A stretch of DNA of 46,226 bases from a virus (taxonomy: Duplodnaviria > Caudoviricetes), in IMG/VR virus record IMGVR_UViG_3300024286_000009, positions 1 to 46,226 of that record; one strand, given 5' to 3'. The number at the start of each line of letters is the position of its first letter. Position 1 is the first letter of the stretch. This document shows, one piece after another, positions 1 to 8,131 of this stretch. The notes under the pieces are model-generated. The model searched no databases. It had not been told where the DNA came from and saw only the letters and a program-made list of their open reading frames with translations. Both the position numbers and the translations under genes were made by a program.

Positions 1-126
1 CCGCGCCGGTGCTGCCGATGCCGCGCGGGATGCCGGTGCCCGACCCGCGCGGCGAGGCGCAGTCGCGCGCCGAGGCGTGCGGGCGCGAGCTCCAGGCGCT
101 CCTCGCGCGCCACCGCTGCCGGCTCG
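1..126. repeat. Direct terminal repeat, copy 1 (assembly overlap of a circular or permuted genome)
   Basis: Positions 1-126 are identical to 46075-46200. Confidence 0.95.
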
Positions 127-212
127 TGCCGACGATGGCGCTCGAACCCGTCGGCTCGGACGGCTCGCGCGCGCTGCTCCAGGTCGGCTTCGCCGTCGGC
201 ACGCTGCCGTGA
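1..212 (+). CDS. 3' part of a hypothetical protein spanning the genome junction (starts at ATG 46014)
   Basis: The frame is continuous across the terminal repeat (MEDPGEAF...VGTLP*), and the stop overlaps the next GTG (GTGA). Confidence 0.7.
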   Translation, partial: APVLPMPRGMPVPDPRGEAQSRAEACGRELQALLARHRCRLVPTMALEPVGSDGSRALLQVGFAVGTLP

Positions 213-916
213 CGCCGGGCGTCGACCTGCCGCCGAGCTCGGAGCCGGTGCCGGGCTTCGAGGCCGAGGCGGCGCCGCCGGTGATCCCCGGCCGCTTCCG
301 GCGCGCGATGGTCCGCACGCTCGACGACGCGATGCCCGAGGAGTGGGTGCGCGAGCTCGGTCGGTGGCTCTACTACCACCGGCACGCGCTGGCGCGCGGC
401 GGCGACTCTGCCGGCGTCGAGCGTTACAACTTCGAGCTGTTCGAGGTCGACAAGCGCGCGCCCGAGCTCGCGGCGCCGCTGCGCGCGAAGATCCTCTCGG
501 AGATCCCGAACGCGCTCGCGCCGTGCTGCGTGCCCGACTTCGACGTGCGCTACGTCGAGATGACGGCGACCCTGCACCACCACGGCGGCCACTTCGTGTG
601 GCACGACGACGCGCCGGGCTACGACGGCGAGATCGTCCCATCGCGCCGCCTGTCCTGGACCTACTACGTGCACACGTCGCCGAAGATGTTCCGCGGCGGC
701 GAGCTCGAGTTCTTGGACGGCACGGCGGTCGAGCCGCGCTGCAACCGCCTGACGATGTTTCACCCCGTGCAGATGCACCGCGTGCGGCCCGTCGAGTGCT
801 GGTCGGCCGAGCTGCTACACGGCCGCTGGGCGCTCATGGGGTGGATCCACGGCGACCCGCCGCCCGGCTGGGTCGAGCGGATCCCGAAGCTCCGCGACCG
901 GCCGGCGAGCGGCTAG
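209..916 (+). CDS. 2OG-Fe(II) oxygenase, prolyl-4-hydroxylase-like (2OG-FeII_Oxy_3 type)
   Basis: Motifs: HxD (FVWHDD), RRLSWTYY, F.GGELEF, P..NRL..F, distal His (MHRVRPV) and 2OG-binding Arg (GRWALMGW). GTG start is coupled to the upstream stop. Confidence 0.88.
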   Translation: MTPGVDLPPSSEPVPGFEAEAAPPVIPGRFRRAMVRTLDDAMPEEWVRELGRWLYYHRHALARGGDSAGVERYNFELFEVDKRAPELAAPLRAKILSEIPNALAPCCVPDFDVRYVEMTATLHHHGGHFVWHDDAPGYDGEIVPSRRLSWTYYVHTSPKMFRGGELEFLDGTAVEPRCNRLTMFHPVQMHRVRPVECWSAELLHGRWALMGWIHGDPPPGWVERIPKLRDRPASG

Positions 917-944
917 AAAAACGGCCCGACGCGCGCCGGGCCGT
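917..944 (-). terminator. Intrinsic terminator at the convergence of the two arms
   Basis: Stem ACGGCCCG (921-928) pairs with CGGGCCGT (937-944) and is followed by a T-run on the minus strand. It lies between convergent genes. Confidence 0.7.
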
Positions 945-1001
945 CTGCTTTCCTAACAACCAACTACCTCGGGAGGGGAGACAAGCATGTCGCGGGGACG
1001 G

Positions 1002-1448
1002 TCAATGCCCCCGCCTCTGCGGTGTTTCGGCGGCCTTAGACGCGAGAATGATAGCGTCGAGCTCATTAGTCGTCCAGGTCGGCTTCTCGCCCTTGCCGTC
1101 CCAGAGCTTCGCCATTCTGGCCAGTATCAGGGCGTTCGCGAGACTGTCTTGACGAGCGCCGCGGAGGTCCCCGTCGGTGCGCCCGGCGAACTTGTCGAGT
1201 TGATACGACAGGCACGTCAGCGGGCCCCACTCGGCCAGGAGCCGCTCGACCCACGCCTTGACGGCGGCGCCGGCGGGCCACTCCGCGGCGCGGGCGGCGC
1301 CGCCGTGCGGCTCGACCTCGGGGCAGTTGATTCCGCGCAGGCGGACGTCGACCCGGAAGCCGACGTAGTAGTTGAGGTCGAGCCAGCAGCGGACGGTGTC
1401 GCCGTCGAGGACCTCGTAGCGTTCGACCAGGTTCGCACGGGTCGTCAT
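1002..1448 (-). CDS. Staphylococcal nuclease (thermonuclease/SNase)-like protein
   Basis: Motifs VLDGDT, VRLRGINCPE, DKFAGR and LILARMA. Confidence 0.8.
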   Translation of the reverse strand: MTTRANLVERYEVLDGDTVRCWLDLNYYVGFRVDVRLRGINCPEVEPHGGAARAAEWPAGAAVKAWVERLLAEWGPLTCLSYQLDKFAGRTDGDLRGARQDSLANALILARMAKLWDGKGEKPTWTTNELDAIILASKAAETPQRRGH

Positions 1449-1762
1449 AGCCACGTCCTCCGGCGCTGGTAGAACTTCCGCAGCCGTTGCTTGAGCTCGG
1501 CGAGCTTGTGCCCGTGCACGCGACGGAGCTCGGCGCCGTCGTTGTTGAGCAGCAGGTCGAGCGCACCGTCCGCGCCCACGGGCGCCGCGCGGACGACGCA
1601 CGGCGGGGTCCACTCCAGGAGCCAGTCGCTAGGGACCTGGGCGATCAAGCTCCCGCCTTTGCGATCATAGAGGTCGGTGTAACCGTGCTCCGACCGCATC
1701 ACGTATTGCCCGTTATTGTAGGTATAAGACTGGCCGGCAGGACTGCGGACGGTGACGGTCAC
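1445..1762 (-). CDS. Hypothetical protein
   Basis: 105-aa ORF with 4-nt overlaps at both ends in the leftward operon. Confidence 0.7.
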   Translation of the reverse strand: MTVTVRSPAGQSYTYNNGQYVMRSEHGYTDLYDRKGGSLIAQVPSDWLLEWTPPCVVRAAPVGADGALDLLLNNDGAELRRVHGHKLAELKQRLRKFYQRRRTWL

Positions 1763-2127
1763 GGCTGCCCCGGGACGACGATCTTCTGCCCGGCGAGCTT
1801 CCGCGCCTCGTCGCGGGCGCGGATGATCTCGGCCTTCTCGGCCGCCGTCGTTTGGTAGCTGCAGAGGCGCCAGTCGACCTTGCCGACTCGCGGCGCCGTC
1901 GGGCAGACCAGCGTCTCGAACTTGAACCGGAACGCCGTCATCACGGCGGCGTTGTCCATCTCCTCCTCGGTGACCACGATCGGCTCGGCGCTGCGGTAGG
2001 CGAGCGCCGCGACGAACCGCACGAGCGGCACCGTGCGCGCGAGCTCGGCTTCGATCGCGACCATTTTCTTGATTAGGCCGCGCAGCTCCGCGCGCAGGAT
2101 GTCGGCTTCGCTGAGGCGGTCGTTCAC
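1759..2127 (-). CDS. Hypothetical protein
   Basis: GTG start (VNDRLSEAD...) coupled to its neighbours; protein-like composition. Confidence 0.7.
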   Translation of the reverse strand: MNDRLSEADILRAELRGLIKKMVAIEAELARTVPLVRFVAALAYRSAEPIVVTEEEMDNAAVMTAFRFKFETLVCPTAPRVGKVDWRLCSYQTTAAEKAEIIRARDEARKLAGQKIVVPGQP

Positions 2128-2405
2128 GGTGCGAGCTCCCGGCTGCGCGCGAGCGCGGCCTCGACGACCGCCGACGGCACGCGCAGGCCCGCGGCGAGGC
2201 GCTCGACGGTGTGGCGCTGCGCGACCTTCTGGCCGAGCATCAGCGACCAGAGGTGCTTGCGCGACGTCCGGCACCTGCGGGCGACGGCCGCGAACGTCAC
2301 CGGGCGCCGGCCCGCGCCTCGCGACCGGCAGAGCTCGACGAGCGCGCGGAACGTGCCCGGCGCGCGGGCGCGCTCGACCTCCTCGCGCGGGCGCTCGGCG
2401 GTCAC
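2124..2405 (-). CDS. XRE/Cro-like helix-turn-helix protein
   Basis: HTH-like pattern TFAAVARRCRTSRKHLWSLMLG...TVERLAAGLRV. Confidence 0.65.
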   Translation of the reverse strand: MTAERPREEVERARAPGTFRALVELCRSRGAGRRPVTFAAVARRCRTSRKHLWSLMLGQKVAQRHTVERLAAGLRVPSAVVEAALARSRELAP

Positions 2406-2512
2406 TGGCACAGCAGCACCACCAGCGCGAGCAGCGCCGCGGCGTCGGACCGGAGAGACTGCGCGCTGCGGCCCTGGCCGCCGGCGACGAGGGGGACCTC
2501 GGTGTTACCCAT
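2402..2512 (-). CDS. Small hypothetical protein (36 aa, hydrophobic C-terminus)
   Basis: MGNTEVPL...ALLALVVLLCQ*. TACCCT lies 8 nt upstream and the stop overlaps the next start. Confidence 0.45.
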   Translation of the reverse strand: MGNTEVPLVAGGQGRSAQSLRSDAAALLALVVLLCQ

Positions 2513-2557
2513 GGTGTCCCAGGGTAGCGCGCGCCCGTCGCCCGCGCCATAGGGCGC

Positions 2558-4648
2558 TCACCCGCGGAACCTCCGCGCGCGGTAGCCGTCCGCGGCGACC
2601 GGCAGGTCGGTCGCCCACGGCGGCGGCGCCGAGACGACGCGGCAGAACTCGTCGACGTCGCCCGCGCCGGCAGCGACCTCGGCTGCGACCGAGTCGTGCA
2701 CGTGCAGCACGACCTCGTAGCCGTCGCGCTCGAGCCGCAGCAGCGCGTCGGCGAGCAGGTCTCGCGACGCGGCCTGCGTCGCGTTCTCGGCCAGCTTGCC
2801 GCCGTAGGTCGTCTCGCGCGCCATCGACGCGCCGTCCTTCCCGGGCGTGAAGAACGCCAGCTCGTCGCCCTCGAACTCGACCGTGACGATGTTCCCGTCC
2901 TCGTCGACCGTCTCCACCCTCTTGACCACGCGGTCGACGCGCGGGCGCCAGAAGCGCACCGCGCGTCCCGAGGGCAGCACCATCAGCAGGCAGCCCGGGG
3001 TCATCGCCATCGAGACCCGCCCGACCTCGACGCGGGTCCCGGGGCCGCCGCGCACCGCCGCGTGCGCGGCATCCTGCAGGCTCGCCCAGAACTGGACGAT
3101 CGCGTTGTTCGCGGTGCGCCACGCCCGCTGCACGCGGCGGAACTCCTTGAGCGTCATCCTGACGCCCCAGCCCGCGGCGGTCTCGGCCAGCTTCACGACG
3201 CCCATCCCGTAGCCAAGCGCGAGCGTGCAGACCTTCCCGAGCTGCCGGTCCCTCGAGCCGACGGCCTCGGCCGCGTACTCGTAGAGGTCCTGCCGCCTCT
3301 CCCCGCGCAGCCGCGCCGCGTCGTAGTCGCGCAGCAGCGCAAGCACGTCCTCCTGGCCGGCGAGCCACGCGACGACGCGCGCCTCGATCGCGGAGAAGTC
3401 CGCGCCGATCAGCTCGCGTCCGGGCGGAGCAGCGACCACGCCACGGAGCATCTGCGACAGCACCGACAGCGGGCGGTCCTCGATCCGCGCGAGCAGGTCT
3501 AGGTCGCCAGCCTCGACGACCAGCCGCGCCAGTCCCGCGGCGCCGGGGCCGAGCCGCGTCTTGGGCAGGTTGTGGAGCTGCATCCCGTAGCTCGCCCACC
3601 TCCCGGTGTGCGCGCCGTAGACCTGGAGCGAGTTGCGCAGCCGGCCGTCGGGGCAGACCATCTCGTCGGCGCGCGCCAGCTTCGCGAGCGACGACGCCTT
3701 GCCCGCCTCGGCGCGGTTCTCCAGCACCAGCCGCACGTCGCGCGGCAGGTCCGCGCGCGCGAGCAGCGCGGAGACCGCGGGCGCGCCGACGGTCTCGGTC
3801 ATCCGCACGACGCCGTCCTTCCGCTTGCGCGGGACCTTCGGCAGCCGGACGCCGCGGCGCGCGAGCCACTCCTTGAGCGCCGGCGCGGCGGTCGAGTTCG
3901 CGAGGTCGAAGTCGGACGCGGCGATCGCCGCGTCCTGCAGCACCGACGATCGTGACGCGGCCATGCGCGCCAGCCGCGCGGCGAACTCGCGGTCGAGCCA
4001 GACGCCGCGCGCGTTGATCCGCGCGTCGGCGCGCACGACCAGCTCCTCGTGCACCGACGGGGGCTGCAGCCGCGCCCAGCAGCCGGCGGTGGCCCGGACG
4101 TCGACGGCGCAGTACTCGGACAGCCGGTCGAGGTCGTCCGGGTCGCGGCTCCGCCTCCAGCCGCCGCGGCCGTCGGGCTCCGCGGTCGACATCTCGCGCA
4201 TGAGCTTGGCGCCCTCCTTGTCCTTCTGGACCGCGCAGCCGAGCGCGCGGGCTAGGCCCTCGAGCTTCGGCGGTAGGTTCGCGGCGAGCCCGCGGACCTG
4301 CGTGTCCTCCCACTGGTCGAGCGCCACCGCGGGGAATCCGTGGCGCGGGCGCAGCACGAGGTCCCAGATCGCCAACTCGAACTCGGCGTTGTGCGCGACG
4401 ACCCGCACGCCGGCGCGGACGGCCTCGAGAAAGGCCCGGGCCGCGCCGAGCCGGCCCGGCCGCCACTCGTACTCGTCAAGCAGTGGCTCGCCGCCGCGGA
4501 GCTCGCCGCCCCAGTACGCGGCGCGGAGCACGAGGACCTCCGTCGACGGGTGGCGCGCGTAGGCGCGCGCCCCCAGCCGGCGGAGGTCCGCCGCGCTGCT
4601 CGTCTCGAGGTCGAGCACGAGCACGCCGCGCACCGGATCCCAGGTCAC
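2558..4648 (-). CDS. polA: DNA polymerase family A with 3'-5' exonuclease domain
   Basis: Exo motifs LDLET, HNAEFE and YCAVDV; HTGRW; motif A ADFSAIEAR; motif B RQLGKVCTLALGYG; ENATQA; motif C HVHD. Confidence 0.95.
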   Translation of the reverse strand: MTWDPVRGVLVLDLETSSAADLRRLGARAYARHPSTEVLVLRAAYWGGELRGGEPLLDEYEWRPGRLGAARAFLEAVRAGVRVVAHNAEFELAIWDLVLRPRHGFPAVALDQWEDTQVRGLAANLPPKLEGLARALGCAVQKDKEGAKLMREMSTAEPDGRGGWRRSRDPDDLDRLSEYCAVDVRATAGCWARLQPPSVHEELVVRADARINARGVWLDREFAARLARMAASRSSVLQDAAIAASDFDLANSTAAPALKEWLARRGVRLPKVPRKRKDGVVRMTETVGAPAVSALLARADLPRDVRLVLENRAEAGKASSLAKLARADEMVCPDGRLRNSLQVYGAHTGRWASYGMQLHNLPKTRLGPGAAGLARLVVEAGDLDLLARIEDRPLSVLSQMLRGVVAAPPGRELIGADFSAIEARVVAWLAGQEDVLALLRDYDAARLRGERRQDLYEYAAEAVGSRDRQLGKVCTLALGYGMGVVKLAETAAGWGVRMTLKEFRRVQRAWRTANNAIVQFWASLQDAAHAAVRGGPGTRVEVGRVSMAMTPGCLLMVLPSGRAVRFWRPRVDRVVKRVETVDEDGNIVTVEFEGDELAFFTPGKDGASMARETTYGGKLAENATQAASRDLLADALLRLERDGYEVVLHVHDSVAAEVAAGAGDVDEFCRVVSAPPPWATDLPVAADGYRARRFRG

Positions 4649-5244
4649 TCGCCGAACATCTCCGCCAGCAGGTCCTTGCCGCCCTTGGCCCCGGCCTGCG
4701 CCGGGGCGTCCTGGACCTCGACGGCCTCGAACACCTCCGCCGCCGGGCGGCCGCCGCCGAGGCGCCGGTCCTCGCGGATGAGCTGGACCGAGTTCAGGTT
4801 GAACGAGATCCCGCGCCCGCCGACGTCGTGGTCCCAGCACCACGCGGTCACGTGCGCGCGGACCCAGCAGCCCGCGAAGATGCGGCGCTCGGAGCCGAGC
4901 TCGGGGATCGGCTCGAGCTTCTGGTCGACGACCTGGGGCGGGGAGTTGCTCGCGCAGCGCAGGAAGTGCCAGCCCTCCTCGTAGCCCTCCCACTGGTTCT
5001 CGCACTTGCGGAGCGGGATGCCGCGGTCGGACAGCTTGGCCTGCGCGATCGGCTTGCCGAACCGCTCCAGGCAGGCGGCCTTCATCGCCTCGGTGATCGG
5101 GGCGAGGTTGAAGTCGGGCGGCAGGAGCAGCGTCGCGGAGTACGTCTCGCGGTTGCCCTCCTTGAACGCCTTCGGGACGTAGAGGTTGGGGAACGCGAGG
5201 CGAACGGGGACCGAGGTGACGACCTCGAACGAGGACAGGGGCAT
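4645..5244 (-). CDS. ssDNA-binding protein, DUF2815 / Enc34-type
   Basis: VRLAFPNL..PK, YSATLL, IFAGCWVRA, GISF.LNSVQ, acidic C-tail. GGAGG RBS. Canonical position between DUF2800 and polA. Confidence 0.88.
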   Translation of the reverse strand: MPLSSFEVVTSVPVRLAFPNLYVPKAFKEGNRETYSATLLLPPDFNLAPITEAMKAACLERFGKPIAQAKLSDRGIPLRKCENQWEGYEEGWHFLRCASNSPPQVVDQKLEPIPELGSERRIFAGCWVRAHVTAWCWDHDVGGRGISFNLNSVQLIREDRRLGGGRPAAEVFEAVEVQDAPAQAGAKGGKDLLAEMFGE

Positions 5245-6485
5245 CAGGAGCCTCCAGGAGTAGGAGCGGGAACCGCTGCGGGGAACTCGGAGAACACCGC
5301 GCCCGGCCGCAGCGCCGGTCGCGGGTCGGACGCCTCGACCAGCGACGCGCCGGCCGGGGGCTTCTCGGCCAGCGCGGACACGTCCGCGTCGGCCTTGATC
5401 TTCTTCAACCGGCGCTCGGCCTCTGCCGGCGACACGAGCTCGGGCGCCGCGCGCGGGTCGATCCCGCGCAGCGTGAGCTCGAGCTCGGTCGCGGCCTCGT
5501 CGCGCCACCGGCGATTACCGCGGCGCTCGACCAGCTTCCAGCCGGGGATCGACCTACCCTGCGCGGCGAGGGCCTCCGCGTGCTCGCGGACGGACCGCAT
5601 CCACGACTCGAGCATCGGGAACGCGTGCAGCAGCCGCGCGAGGTCCGCCTCGGACAGCGTCAGCGGGCTCGGCGGCTCGCGCGGGGCGTCGGGGACCTCG
5701 CCGGCGGCCGGCAGGTCGCCCTCGCGCCGCTCGCCGAACGCGGACCGCGCCGTCTGCAGCGCCAGCTTGCGGAGCTCGGGGCAGGTCGCGCGCGCCGGGC
5801 ACCAGCGGCAGTGGTCGCCGGCGTGCAGCCCGGCGCCGGGCTTCTTCACCGCGGCTACGGCGCCGCGCAGCAGCGCGAGGAACGTCTGGATCTCGGCCCG
5901 CGTCTGCACGTCGGTCCGCCACGGCCGCGCGCCGTGGTAGCGCGGCTGGACGATGTGCAGCTCGACCGAGGCGACACGCTCGGCCAGCTTGCCCCAGAGG
6001 TTCAGCGCGCCGACGGCGTAGGTCCGCGCCTGCTCGTTCTCGTCGGCGTCGACGAACACGCCGGCGCCGTACTTGAAGTCGAACACGTGCAGCGTCCGGC
6101 CGTCGCGCGAGAGCAGCAGCGCGTCGGCCGTGCCGTGGACGTTGGGGTGCAAGGCGTCGACGCGCTGCTCGACGCGGAGCTCGCCGCCCTCGGCGAGCTC
6201 GACGGACCGCACCGCGTCCAGGTAGACCTGCACGTGCGCGGCGGCGTCCTCGGTGACCTCGAACCGCCCGCACTCGGAGCGCGCGCCGAGGCGCGAGGCG
6301 GCGTCGCTGCCGCGCACGAGGCACTCGGCGGCGATCCCGTGCATGAACGTACCCTCGTCGGCGAACGGCGACGACGGGCCCTCGGGGAGCCCGCGGCAGA
6401 GCGCGACGGAGCCGTAGCACCGCATCCAGCGATGGGCCGCGCTCGGGGCGAGCTCGGCGTGCGTCTTGGGCGAGGGGGCGGTCAC
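5244..6485 (-). CDS. DUF2800 Cas4-like PD-(D/E)XK exonuclease
   Basis: HAELAPSAAHRW..C, EGT..H, VEQRV, GTAD, DFKYG, Q...YA, HC.WCPA..C, GWKLVE.R..R.W. Confidence 0.9.
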   Translation of the reverse strand: MTAPSPKTHAELAPSAAHRWMRCYGSVALCRGLPEGPSSPFADEGTFMHGIAAECLVRGSDAASRLGARSECGRFEVTEDAAAHVQVYLDAVRSVELAEGGELRVEQRVDALHPNVHGTADALLLSRDGRTLHVFDFKYGAGVFVDADENEQARTYAVGALNLWGKLAERVASVELHIVQPRYHGARPWRTDVQTRAEIQTFLALLRGAVAAVKKPGAGLHAGDHCRWCPARATCPELRKLALQTARSAFGERREGDLPAAGEVPDAPREPPSPLTLSEADLARLLHAFPMLESWMRSVREHAEALAAQGRSIPGWKLVERRGNRRWRDEAATELELTLRGIDPRAAPELVSPAEAERRLKKIKADADVSALAEKPPAGASLVEASDPRPALRPGAVFSEFPAAVPAPTPGGS

Positions 6486-7099
6486 GGCGCCACCTCGGCG
6501 TCGGCCGTGACGGCGCCGACCGGGCGCTCGGCGATCGACGCGTGGACCCGGTGCGGGAGGAGCAGGGAGTCGGGGACGTCGAGCTCGAGCGCGACGATCA
6601 GCGCCCCGACGGCCGGCGAGCCCGGGGGACTCGCCGACATCGCCCGGACGCGCAGGCCGACGAGGTTCCCGCTGCGGGTCACGCGCGGGGTCAGCTGCAG
6701 GTAGCACCTCGTGATCACGTCGCACCTCCCGGGGGGTCCGATCAGCGCGTCGTAGCGCGACCACCAGCCGTCGTCGCAGAGCTCGCCGGTGCGCATGGAA
6801 CGCAGCAGCCGCACCGCATCGTCTAGCGCGATGAGGGCGGCGGACAGGTCGTCGCGGTTGACCTGCACGATCGCCTTCTCGTAGTTACGGTTCTCGTAGA
6901 CCACCTCACCCAGGCGCTTGCGCGCGGCGGCGATCTCCGACAGAGGAGTATATGGCGCGGGCTCGCGCGCGAGCCGCACCGCCTCGCCGACGACGGCCTC
7001 CGCGAAGTCGCGGAGGCGGTCGAACGTGTTGCTGGGATTGTCGCGGATGCGGCAGCCGAGGTCGTTCACCACCTGCGCGAGATCAACAGATGATCTCAC
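6482..7099 (-). CDS. Hypothetical protein (possibly two in-frame genes; internal RBS and GTG at 6718)
   Basis: 205-aa ORF coupled at both ends. GGAGGT lies just upstream of an internal in-frame GTG. Confidence 0.6.
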   Translation of the reverse strand: MRSSVDLAQVVNDLGCRIRDNPSNTFDRLRDFAEAVVGEAVRLAREPAPYTPLSEIAAARKRLGEVVYENRNYEKAIVQVNRDDLSAALIALDDAVRLLRSMRTGELCDDGWWSRYDALIGPPGRCDVITRCYLQLTPRVTRSGNLVGLRVRAMSASPPGSPAVGALIVALELDVPDSLLLPHRVHASIAERPVGAVTADAEVAP

Positions 7100-7272
7100 T
7101 TCGGCACCTCCGGCGCGGCATCCTGGGCCGCGCGCAAGAACAGGAACACGTCGTTGAAGTGACCGAGCAGCTCGGACTTCTTGGCGCGCGAGAGCGCCGC
7201 GAGGATTTCCTCGACGGCCTTGATCGTCTCCGCGGCCTCGGCCTTGCAGAACTTCCCCTGGGTGTCGGCCAT
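7096..7272 (-). CDS. Small hypothetical protein (58 aa; not in ORF track)
   Basis: MADTQGKFCKAEAAETIKAVEEIL...EVPK*. Fills the gap, and its stop overlaps the next GTG. Confidence 0.7.
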   Translation of the reverse strand: MADTQGKFCKAEAAETIKAVEEILAALSRAKKSELLGHFNDVFLFLRAAQDAAPEVPK

Positions 7273-7276
7273 GGCC

Positions 7277-7738
7277 TCAGCTCCCCGTCGCCGCGGCCGG
7301 CGGACGCTTGCCGGCGGCGAGGCGCCGGCGGATCGCGTCGAGCATCGCGGGGTACTTCTCCGGCGGCAGGTCCGGCAGCCGCGGCGCGCCGACCTCGGCG
7401 AGGACCTCCTTCACGGCGGCAATGCCGCCGGTCGCCTCGGCGAGCTTGCGCATCTCCTCCTTGAGCTGATCCATCGTGACCGCCGGCGCGGGCGGCTGGA
7501 TCGGGGTGGGCGGCGCCGCGGGGGCCGCCGCGGCGGGCGCGGGCGCGGCCTTCTCGACCTTCTTCTTGCCCGCGGCGGGGCGCTCGGGCGCGGCCGGCGC
7601 CGCGACGTCCTCGGGGGCGGTGGCGGTCGGCGCGAGCGCGGGCGGCCGCGCGCCCTCGGCGGCGAGGCGTGCAAGCAGCTCCGAAGCGATCGCGAGTTCG
7701 GACGGGGTGGGGGACTCGAGCGTGATTGTCAGGTTCAT
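7277..7738 (-). CDS. Conserved-type phage replication-module protein (Ala/Pro linker plus C-terminal helical domain)
   Basis: MNLTITL N-terminus, Ala/Pro linker, VTMDQLK...AVKEVLAEVGA.RL.DL.PEKY. This architecture is typical of the gene preceding DUF2800. Confidence 0.7.
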   Translation of the reverse strand: MNLTITLESPTPSELAIASELLARLAAEGARPPALAPTATAPEDVAAPAAPERPAAGKKKVEKAAPAPAAAAPAAPPTPIQPPAPAVTMDQLKEEMRKLAEATGGIAAVKEVLAEVGAPRLPDLPPEKYPAMLDAIRRRLAAGKRPPAAATGS

Positions 7739-7756
7739 CGTGTTAGGTGAGTGAGC

Positions 7757-7830
7757 GGCCGGCCCGGCCCAAGCGGAGAAGGGAGGCGCGCGGCGGGCGC
7801 CGGGCCGGCCCCTGGTGGAGACCCGCCGCG
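7757..7830 (-). promoter_or_regulatory. Candidate H-type RNA pseudoknot in the leader of the replication operon
   Basis: Perfect 12-bp pairing 7757-7768/7799-7810 crosses perfect 9-bp pairing 7789-7797/7822-7830. Confidence 0.55.
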
Positions 7831-7843
7831 TAAGGTTGTTCGG

Positions 7844-8131
7844 TCACTGCGACCTCGGGTCGGGTGCCGCCAGCTCGTAGCCGTTAGGCCCCCGCTTACA
7901 GAGGTTGACGGGCGCAAAGTAGGTGAGCCGTTGCGCGTCGCGCTCGATGTGGCTCGACCACCCGATCGCCCCACCGACGCGGACGTAGGTCACGTGCGTG
8001 AGCCACACGGCCTTGGGCGCCGTGTACGGGACGGACGGCAGCGGCGGAGCGACCAGGACGACGATTTCCCGCGCGTCCTCGCGCTCCTCAACGCGGCCGT
8101 CCCACGGACCGCCGATGAACCGCGCGATCAC
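7844..8131 (-). CDS. Hypothetical protein
   Basis: VIARFIGGPWDG... (GGPxDG motif common in small phage proteins); coupled to the helicase stop. Confidence 0.65.
   Translation of the reverse strand: MIARFIGGPWDGRVEEREDAREIVVLVAPPLPSVPYTAPKAVWLTHVTYVRVGGAIGWSSHIERDAQRLTYFAPVNLCKRGPNGYELAAPDPRSQ

Noticed and set aside
1-126. Biological terminal repeat of the packaged DNA
   Set aside because: The repeat falls inside a coding region and its length resembles an assembler overlap. It indicates circularity only.
209-916. TET/JBP-type DNA base-modification system
   Set aside because: The motif layout fits P4H-like oxygenases, and no methyltransferase, glycosyltransferase or nucleotide kinase partner is visible.
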